Source: Patescibacteria group bacterium (GTDB lineage Bacteria > Patescibacteriota > Minisyncoccia > UBA6257 > UBA9933). From it: 46,001 nucleotides of DNA. A program made the translations under genes and the position numbers. The notes below the pieces were generated by a model. The model ran no database searches, was not told the DNA's origin, and was given only the letters and a program-made list of their open reading frames with translations. Positions 35,391 to 42,755 of this stretch are shown in pieces; positions within the stretch are counted from its first letter, which is position 1; each line of letters begins with the position of its first letter. The stretch spans positions 14,417 through 60,417 of the forward strand of contig JBBUDV010000010.1 in assembly GCA_038057075.1 (NCBI GenBank), written 5' to 3'.

Positions 35391-36509
35391 TTAAGTGGCC
35401 TTAATGGGCATTAAAATATAAAAGTAATTGGGATTATTGGAGGATTTTATAACAGCCGGTTTATTATCGTTGTTTAAACCGATAAAAACATTCTCTTCTT
35501 TTATATTTTTTATCCCGTCAAAAAGAAATTTCCAATTAAAGACGATTTCCACGGGATCGCCTTTGATTTTAGCGGGAATTAAGTATTGATTTTCACCCAA
35601 AGCCGCCGATGATGAATAAATTTCAAGATTTTTTGCGTCTTTTTTAATGCTTATTTTAATTTCATTAAGCCGGTCGGAAAAAGAACTGGTTAATTTTAAA
35701 GCGCTGATTAATTCGTTTTTATTTATATTTATTTCAGTTGAAGTGGAGTTTGGAATAATTGGTTGGTAGTCGGGGAATTCTCCGTTAATAAGCCGAGAAA
35801 CCAACTCAAATTTTTCCGATTTGAATAAAATTTGGTTGGAATCAAAAAAGATGGCGATTTTCTCATTGGTTTTATCCGGAATAATTCTGATTAATTCGTA
35901 GATTGTTTTTAATGGAATAATGGTTTTAAATTTTTTATTTATATTTGTTTTAAAATCGCTTTCATTGATTAATTTTTCCGCCAATCTAAAACTATCGGTA
36001 GCCGCCAATTTAATAAATCCATTTTGAAAATCAAATAAAATTCCGTTTAGTTCCGGCCGGAGCGCGGAAATTTGGGCGGCGTTTATAACTAATAAAAAAG
36101 CCTCTTTTAAAAGCGCGGATTCTATTTCTATAAATTCGTTAATATTTTCAAGTTTTGGAATAATTGGAAATTCTTCTTTTTTAATTCCTTGGATTTTCGC
36201 GTTGTAATTTTCAGTTTTAATTATTAAATTATTATCTTTAATTTCTAGATTAATTCTTTCATTTTGAAGATTATTAATAATAGTTGAAATAATATTTATT
36301 GGGATGGTTAATTCTCCGTCTTTAATTATTTTAGCGGGTATAAAACTTACAGCCGCGATTTCCAGATTAGTCGCTGAAATTTTTATTTTATTATCAAACG
36401 TCTCTAAAAGAAAATTTCTTAAAATCGGCAAGGTTAAATTTTCAGAACCGATTTTTCCTAAAATATTCAAACCTTCCTTTAAATTAGATTTTAAAACCAC
36501 TAATTCCAT
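35391..36509 (-). CDS. dnaN: DNA polymerase III beta clamp
   Basis: LPIL, ATNLE, RPELNG, ATDSFRL, SRLINGEFPDY, ILMPI. Confidence 0.96.
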   Translation of the reverse strand: MELVVLKSNLKEGLNILGKIGSENLTLPILRNFLLETFDNKIKISATNLEIAAVSFIPAKIIKDGELTIPINIISTIINNLQNERINLEIKDNNLIIKTENYNAKIQGIKKEEFPIIPKLENINEFIEIESALLKEAFLLVINAAQISALRPELNGILFDFQNGFIKLAATDSFRLAEKLINESDFKTNINKKFKTIIPLKTIYELIRIIPDKTNEKIAIFFDSNQILFKSEKFELVSRLINGEFPDYQPIIPNSTSTEININKNELISALKLTSSFSDRLNEIKISIKKDAKNLEIYSSSAALGENQYLIPAKIKGDPVEIVFNWKFLFDGIKNIKEENVFIGLNNDNKPAVIKSSNNPNYFYILMPIKAT

Positions 36510-36521
36510 ATATTTATTTTT

Positions 36522-36661
36522 TTATCCCCATTCCTACTATTACTATTATATATATATTAGTAGTAGTGGTAGTAGAGAGGTTGATTTTTGTTGATAAGTT
36601 AAAAAATTATAACAAACAACTTAATATTTTTTAATAAAACTTGTTAAAAAGTTGTTGATAA
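36522..36661. other. Replication origin oriC (DnaA boxes, DnaA-trios, AT core)
   Basis: Lies between dnaA and dnaN; boxes TTATCCCCA (36522-36530) and TGTTGATAA (36589-36597, 36653-36661); TAG-type trios 36558-36575; TATATATAT core. Confidence 0.85.
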
Positions 36662-36662
36662 A

Positions 36663-38021
36663 TTACTTATTATTAATTATTTCTTTTATTAAAATTATTT
36701 TATTATTTAATTTTTGGTCGGAATTAAGTTGTTTATTTATTTTTCCCCACGCGTGAATCACGGTTGTGTGGTCTCTTTTCCCCAACTTATAACCAATATC
36801 AGTGTAAGACATACCTAATAAATCTTTAAGTAGAAACATCGCGATTTGGCGCGGCTCAACAACCTCTTTTCTTCTTGAATGGTCTATAATATCTTTTTCC
36901 GTCAATTCAAAAAAATTAGCGATTACCTGGATTATTTGGCTTGGAGTGATGTTTTTAAAGGATTGTTCGGTGGTTTTATTGATAATTTCCTCAATTAATT
37001 TTTGACTTAATTCAATATTTTTAACTTCTTGATAAAAAAGAATTTTATTCAACACCCCTTCCAACTCGCGGATATTTCTTTGAATTTTAGTGGCGATAGT
37101 TTGAGTGATGTTGTCCGGCAGAAACGAATTTTTTTCTTGAAGTTTTGTTTTAATAATCGCCAAGCGCATTTCAAAATCCGGATACCCGATGTCGGCTATC
37201 ATGCCGCCGGAAAAGCGCGACCGAAGGCGCTCTTGTAAAACCGGAGTGGCTTGGGGCGAGCGGTCGGAAGAAATTATTATTTGTTTATTGGCTTCATAAA
37301 GCGAGTTGAAGGTGTGAAAAAATTCTTCTTCGCTTCTTTCTTTTCCCGCGACAAATTGAATGTCATCAATAATCAACACGTCAATATTTCGGTACCTTTC
37401 TTTTACATCTTCCATTCTTTTGTTTCTTATCGCGGAAACGACGTCATTGACGAATTTTTCCGAAGGAACGTATCTGACTTTAATTTTATTTTTATAATCG
37501 CTTTTTATTTCATTGCCGATTGCCTGAAGAAGATGGGTTTTTCCCAAACCGGTGCCGCCGTAGATAAAAAACGGATTGTATTTTTTACCGACTTCTTTGA
37601 TGATGGCCTGGGCCGCGGCATAACAAAGTTCATTTGAAGAACCGACAATGAACGATTTCAAAGTATATTTCGGATGAAGATTGGTTTCGGGGTCAATTTT
37701 AAATTCTTCAAAAGAATTTTGCGGCTGTTTTTTGTCGGACACGTTATGTATGGTTATTTTTTGTTCAACAACTGCGGGAATAACCATATAATGGACTCGT
37801 CTTACCGAATTATCCAAGGAGCACAGCGCGTCATAAATATTTTTATGGTATTTGTTTTGAACCCATTCTTTCGCGAAGTTGTTTCCAAGCGCGATTATAA
37901 CTTCACCGTCGGGGTTTTTTTCAATAAGCCGGCTGTTTTTGAACCAGGTTAAAAAATTCGGCCGGGAAATCTGAATTTCCAATTCCGCCAAAACCGATTG
38001 CCAAAGTTTTTCAGGTTCCAT
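36663..38021 (-). CDS. dnaA: Chromosomal replication initiator DnaA
   Basis: YNPFFIYGGTGLGKTHL, IDDIQF, EEFFHTFN, RLRSRF, NIRELEG, RDHTTV. Confidence 0.98.
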   Translation of the reverse strand: MEPEKLWQSVLAELEIQISRPNFLTWFKNSRLIEKNPDGEVIIALGNNFAKEWVQNKYHKNIYDALCSLDNSVRRVHYMVIPAVVEQKITIHNVSDKKQPQNSFEEFKIDPETNLHPKYTLKSFIVGSSNELCYAAAQAIIKEVGKKYNPFFIYGGTGLGKTHLLQAIGNEIKSDYKNKIKVRYVPSEKFVNDVVSAIRNKRMEDVKERYRNIDVLIIDDIQFVAGKERSEEEFFHTFNSLYEANKQIIISSDRSPQATPVLQERLRSRFSGGMIADIGYPDFEMRLAIIKTKLQEKNSFLPDNITQTIATKIQRNIRELEGVLNKILFYQEVKNIELSQKLIEEIINKTTEQSFKNITPSQIIQVIANFFELTEKDIIDHSRRKEVVEPRQIAMFLLKDLLGMSYTDIGYKLGKRDHTTVIHAWGKINKQLNSDQKLNNKIILIKEIINNK

Positions 38022-38149
38022 GGTTTGATTTAATAATTTATAACTAAATAATAACTGACTAACAAAGTGTAACTATTATACTTGGTTTTTATTTTTATAA
38101 AAGCCAGCGGAAAAAGAAAAATTTTCGAATAACCTGGGGATAACTCCGT

Positions 38150-38425
38150 TCAAGCATTTTTTCGCAAATACGCCTACGCTGAATGAAAAATAATTTCGCT
38201 CATAACGATAAAATGCCGCCCTGCTACACGGGCACCCGGAATTTTATCTACTCGCTTCAAAATTTTTCTATTCAGCTACGGCAATATTTGCTGCTAAAAA
38301 TGCTCTCACTTCTGGAAAACAAAAACTTTAACGTATCCGGGAGAATTTTCTACTCGTTCATTAAATTTTAAACATTTTACGGCTGTATTCGCTATGAAAA
38401 TATGCTCACTCTTTGGAAATAAAGT
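38150..38425. repeat. Degenerate repeats (two direct copies of about 90 bp, one shorter inverted copy) upstream of dnaA
   Basis: CCGG..ATTTT.TCTACTCG..TACGGC..TATT.GCT..AAAAT..CTCACT..TGGAAA at about 38236 and 38337; about 38150-38220 matches the reverse complement. Confidence 0.6.
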
Positions 38426-38480
38426 AATAGGGTTGTGTTTTAGTGATTACTTTATTACAATCAACATTAAAGTCAATATA

Positions 38481-38562
38481 TAAATTAACCAACGACCAAC
38501 AACTAACGACCAACGACGAAATTTAAAAGTCGTAAGTCGTAAGTCGTAAGTCGTAAGTCAAA
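38481..38562 (+). repeat. Heptamer-repeat hairpin element, copy 2
   Basis: TAAATTAAC, (C/T)AAC(G/A)AC x4, spacer, GTCGTAA x4, GTCAAA, then the TTG of rpmH. Confidence 0.88.
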
Positions 38563-38697
38563 TTGTCCACAACTTATCAACCCAGCAAAAGAAAAAGAAA
38601 AAGAACCCACGGCTTCTTAAAAAGAAAAAGAACCACAGGAGGCCGCGCAACCGTCCAAAGAAGGCGGCAAAAAGGCAGGAAAAAGGTGGTAGTGTAA
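38563..38697 (+). CDS. rpmH: 50S ribosomal protein L34 (absent from the ORF track; TTG start)
   Basis: Translates [44 protein letters not shown]; divergent from dnaA. Confidence 0.95.
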   Translation: MSTTYQPSKRKRKRTHGFLKRKRTTGGRATVQRRRQKGRKKVVV

Positions 38698-38815
38698 GAA
38701 ACTACCTCTTATTTGTCAGGGTTGACAAAAAGCGGCATATTTTGTTAAATTAAAGCAGTTATACAAACCAAAAGCTAAAAGGTTTGATTTTAAAAATCAA
38801 ATAAGGAGGCATGAG

Positions 38816-39505
38816 ATGAGAAAGGTTTTAATGGCATTTACAATGATTTTTGCAATGGCGGCGTTTTTGATGAGCAGCGGATGCGCCGTGCATATGCTGG
38901 CAAACGCTCCCGACAGGATTGAAGTTGATTCGGTGAAGCCCGGCATATACCGCGCCGAGGTCATCGCGCAGTTCGGTCAGCCGGTCGCATCGGGCAAGGA
39001 CGACAACAACAACGACTTTGAAACTTTCGCTTTCAAAACCGGTTCCAGCGGTTTCGCCAAATTGACAAGGGGTTTGTGGTACGGCTTAACCGACCTCGCC
39101 AGCTTGGGGGCTGCGGAGATTTTATGGACCTTTATAGAAAGTTCGGTTCAGTCGGGAAGAATAATAGCGAAAGTGACTTATGATTCGCGCGGCAAGGTTA
39201 TTGACGTTAAAATAGAAAAAGCGCCCGATATTAGCTATTTAAGAATGAATTACGCAAAGGCGGGTATGTATCGCGCCGATATCGTCGCTTATTATGGAAG
39301 TCCGTTGGGTTCGGGGAAAGATGAATCCGGCCGGGATTTTGATGTGTTTTCGTTTTTGGAAACATTTTCAATTCAATCTTCAACGGAGGTTGAATGGATT
39401 AATATAAAAGTGACTTACGATACAAGCAATAAAGTATCGGACATTAAAGAGTTAAAAGACAAGGCGTTGCTGAAAAAAATCCAAAAGGAAAAGGAGAGAG
39501 AGTAA
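38816..39505 (+). CDS. Lipoprotein-like protein with two SmpA/BamE-like repeats
   Basis: Lipobox MSSGC; repeats VKPGIYRAEVIAQFGQP and AKAGMYRADIVAYYGSP; SD AAGGAGG; promoter TTGACA (38722)-N18-TAAATT. Confidence 0.78.
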   Translation: MRKVLMAFTMIFAMAAFLMSSGCAVHMLANAPDRIEVDSVKPGIYRAEVIAQFGQPVASGKDDNNNDFETFAFKTGSSGFAKLTRGLWYGLTDLASLGAAEILWTFIESSVQSGRIIAKVTYDSRGKVIDVKIEKAPDISYLRMNYAKAGMYRADIVAYYGSPLGSGKDESGRDFDVFSFLETFSIQSSTEVEWINIKVTYDTSNKVSDIKELKDKALLKKIQKEKERE

Positions 39506-39906
39506 TGAAAAGAATGATGGCGACAATAATTTTAGTTGTAGCGATTGCTTTTACGGCAAGCGGATGCGGCGGTTTCAAAATGGTGGTGGACGCCCCCGAC
39601 AGGATTGAAGTTGATTCGGTGAAACCCGGCATATACCGCGCCGAGGTTATCACGCAGTTCGGCCAGCCGGTCGCATCGGGCAAGGACGACAACAACAACG
39701 ACTTTGACACCTTTGCTTTCAAAACCGGTTCCAGCGGTTTCGGCAGAGTAACAAGGGGGTTGTTATATGGGATAACCGACCTTCTCAGCTTGGGGCTCAT
39801 GGAATTTTTGTGGACTCCGATAGAAAGCGGCATTCAAGCGGGTAAGACGAAAATGAAAGTGACTTATGATATAAACGGAAAAGTCATAGATGTTAAAGAG
39901 TTATAA
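39505..39906 (+). CDS. Paralogous lipoprotein-like protein with one repeat
   Basis: Lipobox TASGC; 148-nt segment nearly identical to the upstream gene; TAATG stop/start overlap. Confidence 0.78.
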   Translation: MKRMMATIILVVAIAFTASGCGGFKMVVDAPDRIEVDSVKPGIYRAEVITQFGQPVASGKDDNNNDFDTFAFKTGSSGFGRVTRGLLYGITDLLSLGLMEFLWTPIESGIQAGKTKMKVTYDINGKVIDVKEL

Positions 39907-39922
39907 AAATATTTACCAAGGC

Positions 39923-39952
39923 AGCGCGGGAAATTTCCCGCGCTCTTTTTTT
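39923..39952 (+). terminator. Intrinsic terminator
   Basis: AGCGCGGGAAA-TTTCCCGCGCT followed by C and a T-tract. Confidence 0.75.
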
Positions 39953-39968
39953 ATGTTAAAGTTAATTA

Positions 39969-40292
39969 ATGATTGCCAAAAAATACAAGCTCCCGATAAA
40001 AGAATTTTTAACAAAAAGATCCAAATTTTTCTTGAAATCGGAATTTTTTGGCATTCGGGCCAATCCGAATGATTTGAAATTCAGCCGTTTCGGAGTCGTG
40101 ATAAGCAAAAAAGTTTCTCCAAAAGCGGTGCAAAGAAATAAAATTAAAAGAATTATTTTTGATTTTATTCGGCTGGAAAAATTACATCTTCTGGCGGGCA
40201 AAGACATTTTGCTCACTGTTCTGCCTCCCGCGGCTAAATTAAATAAAAAAGAATTGGAGAAAAATCTGGGAGAAATTTTAAGAAGTGGTTAA
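39969..40292 (+). CDS. rnpA: Ribonuclease P protein component
   Basis: RFGVVISKKV..KAVQRNKIKR motif; downstream of rpmH. Confidence 0.92.
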   Translation: MIAKKYKLPIKEFLTKRSKFFLKSEFFGIRANPNDLKFSRFGVVISKKVSPKAVQRNKIKRIIFDFIRLEKLHLLAGKDILLTVLPPAAKLNKKELEKNLGEILRSG

Positions 40293-42046
40293 ACCAACCT
40301 ATAATTTATTTCTTTCACTCCCCCAACATTTTTCAATTTTAAAATCAATTTTTCAACTTTTTCTTTGTCGCTTGTGTCGCAGATAATTTTAATGGCCGGG
40401 AAATGAGCGGTTTTTGGGACGTTCATTTCGGCGATATTGATGTGGGATCGTGAAATAACAGCCGCGATGTCTTTAAAAAGTCCGATTCTGTCGGATGCCG
40501 TGATTTTTAATTCGGTTCGGTGTTTGATTTTCGCCAGACCGGATTCTTTGTGAATTAATGATTTAATTTTTCTTTTAGCGCTTTCGGTTTTGACGAAACC
40601 AAGCCACGACTCCGACGGCTTTTTGTTTTTTTGGACTAAAATTTCTATCATATCGCCGGATTGAATTTGATAATCAAGCGGAACGATTTTATTGTTTATT
40701 TTGGCGCCGGCGCATTGATCGCCGATGGATGAATGGATTTGATACGCGAAATCAACAGGCGTGGAGCCGGCCGGCAAGTCAACAACCTCTCCTTTCGGGG
40801 TGATGGCAAAAACCCTGTCTTTGAAAAAATCAACCTTCAATGAACTTAAAAATTCTTTTGAATCCGCGATTTCTTTTTGCCAATTTTTTAATTGTTGGAC
40901 CCATTTCAATTCTTTTTTCTCGGCAAAAATAGGTTTGCTTTCTTTGTAGTCCTTTGTTGTTTTAGCCTGGGTGTACGCCCAGTGGGCGGCGATGCCGTTT
41001 TCCGCCTCCTCATGCATTTGGACGGTTCTGATTTGGAATTCCATTGGTTTATTGTCCAGACAAAAGACCGTGGTGTGCAAACTTTTGTAGCCGTTAGGTT
41101 TAGGTAACGCGATGTAGTCCTTAATTTTACCGGGAAGCGGCGGCCAAAGCTGGTGTATCGCGCCGAACGCGGCGTAGCATTCTTCAATTGTGTTAACGAT
41201 TATTCTCATCGCCACCAGATCGTAAACCTGGTCCAAGTTCATGTCTAAGCGAAGCAGTTTTTTGTACAAACTGGAAATTCTTTTGGCGCGGGAGTCAATT
41301 TTAACGGGGTTAACATTGTTTTTATTGAGTGTTTCTTCAACCACGGGCTTTACTTTTTTTAAATAATTTTCCAAATCATCGTAATGGCTTTTTAAATTTT
41401 CTTTTACCCATTTGTATTCTTCGGGATAAAGATATGGGAACGATAAATCTTCCAACTCGCCCGCCAAATTTTGCATTCCCAGCCGGTATGCGAGCGATGC
41501 GTAAATTTCCGAAGTTTCCAGTGAAATTCTTTTTTGTTTTTGCGGAGACAAGGCGGCAAGCGTTTTCATGTTGTGCAAACGGTCGGCGAGCTTTATAAAA
41601 ATAACGCGCAAGTCCTCGCTGGTCGCTAAAATCATTTTACGCACGTTTTCAGCGCGGTGTTTTGTTTTTTCTTCTTCAGCGCGTTCACCTCGATATTTTA
41701 ATTTTCCCAGTTTTGTGACACCGTTGACTAAAAAGGCGGTTTCTTCGCCGAATCTTTGTTTTATTTGTTCCAGAGTTGTTTTGGTGTCTTCAGCGACATC
41801 GTGCAAGAGTCCAGCCGCGATTATTTGCGCGTCCAGTCCCCATTTGGCAAGCTGCAGGGCGGTTTGGTATGGGTGATTAAAATACGGCTCGCCGGATATT
41901 CTTTTTTGGCCGGCATGAGCTTTTTGACTGAATTCGTAAGCTTCTTTAATTATTTTTTTGTCAGCATCTGTCAGCCGGTTTTCTTCGCTAGCGGCGTAAA
42001 TGCCGTTTAGAGAAGGATTTGACGAAAAATTATTAGTATTATTCAT
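40289..42046 (-). CDS. rel: Bifunctional (p)ppGpp synthetase/hydrolase (HD-SYNTH-TGS-ACT)
   Basis: H.GQKR.SGEPY..HP, LLHDV.ED, KLADRLHNM, PKPNGYKSLHT, EFQIRT, TPVDFAY.IH, DRIGL; start codon uncertain. Confidence 0.93.
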   Translation of the reverse strand: MNNTNNFSSNPSLNGIYAASEENRLTDADKKIIKEAYEFSQKAHAGQKRISGEPYFNHPYQTALQLAKWGLDAQIIAAGLLHDVAEDTKTTLEQIKQRFGEETAFLVNGVTKLGKLKYRGERAEEEKTKHRAENVRKMILATSEDLRVIFIKLADRLHNMKTLAALSPQKQKRISLETSEIYASLAYRLGMQNLAGELEDLSFPYLYPEEYKWVKENLKSHYDDLENYLKKVKPVVEETLNKNNVNPVKIDSRAKRISSLYKKLLRLDMNLDQVYDLVAMRIIVNTIEECYAAFGAIHQLWPPLPGKIKDYIALPKPNGYKSLHTTVFCLDNKPMEFQIRTVQMHEEAENGIAAHWAYTQAKTTKDYKESKPIFAEKKELKWVQQLKNWQKEIADSKEFLSSLKVDFFKDRVFAITPKGEVVDLPAGSTPVDFAYQIHSSIGDQCAGAKINNKIVPLDYQIQSGDMIEILVQKNKKPSESWLGFVKTESAKRKIKSLIHKESGLAKIKHRTELKITASDRIGLFKDIAAVISRSHINIAEMNVPKTAHFPAIKIICDTSDKEKVEKLILKLKNVGGVKEINYRLV

Positions 42047-42133
42047 GGTTGTGATATCATCTATTCCACCACAAATTATATTGACAATCAAGGGTTAAAC
42101 TGGCAGAATTGCGTTAGCGCATTACAAAGGAGG

Positions 42134-42421
42134 ATGGTTATGGCTGATAAAGTGATTGAATTAATAAGCGGAGTATTAATTGTTGTAGCAATTACATTTT
42201 TGATTATCGCGATTATTTTGATGTCCAAAGAAGAGAAAGAGCCAGAGAAAAAATCAGATCAAGAAAAATTAGTACTTTCCTTTTTGTTTTTAACATCAAC
42301 CATTTTTGACATTTTTTGTTTTTTTCAAAAAGAATGGATAATGGTTTGGTCAATATCAATCATCTCGATTGTTATTTTCTGCTCGATTTTAGTAGTTAAA
42401 ACTCAAAGTAAAAACGCTTAA
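42134..42421 (+). CDS. Small 3-TM membrane protein
   Basis: Three hydrophobic segments; TTGACA (42081)-N17-CAGAAT and AAGGAGG upstream. Confidence 0.65.
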   Translation: MVMADKVIELISGVLIVVAITFLIIAIILMSKEEKEPEKKSDQEKLVLSFLFLTSTIFDIFCFFQKEWIMVWSISIISIVIFCSILVVKTQSKNA

Positions 42422-42431
42422 GGAGGCGATT

Positions 42432-42707
42432 ATGGACGCGATAGATATTGCTTTTGAATTGATCAGCATAATGTTTTTTTTAGAAGCCATTGCTTTGATA
42501 ATTATTGATATTTTCAAAAGAAAAATATCTCAGAATTTTGCAAAAGCGTTTTTATGCGCAGCATTGGCAAATTTTTTTGCACTTGCTATTAATACGGCGA
42601 ATGGAAAAACGTTTTCAGCGATAGGTTTTGGATTATTCATGATTGTGTTCATATTTATATATTTTATATTAAAAAAGGAATACAAAAAAAATTTAACGGC
42701 TGGATAA
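42432..42707 (+). CDS. Small 3-TM membrane protein
   Basis: Three hydrophobic segments; SD AAGGAGG; terminator at 42727-42753. Confidence 0.68.
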   Translation: MDAIDIAFELISIMFFLEAIALIIIDIFKRKISQNFAKAFLCAALANFFALAINTANGKTFSAIGFGLFMIVFIFIYFILKKEYKKNLTAG

Positions 42708-42726
42708 TCAGCTAAAAAAAACATCA

Positions 42727-42753
42727 AGGGGCGAATGTAATTCGCCCTTTTTT
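42727..42753. terminator. Terminator between convergent genes
   Basis: GGGCGAAT-GTA-ATTCGCCC followed by a T-tract. Confidence 0.7.
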
Positions 42754-42755
42754 AA

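Noticed and set aside
38183-38371. 62-aa ORF in the dnaA-rpmH spacer
   Set aside because: Lies within degenerate repeats and has no recognisable motif
38909-39742. DGR template/variable repeat pair
   Set aside because: Mismatches are not adenine-specific and are mostly synonymous, both copies are coding, and no reverse transcriptase is in the window
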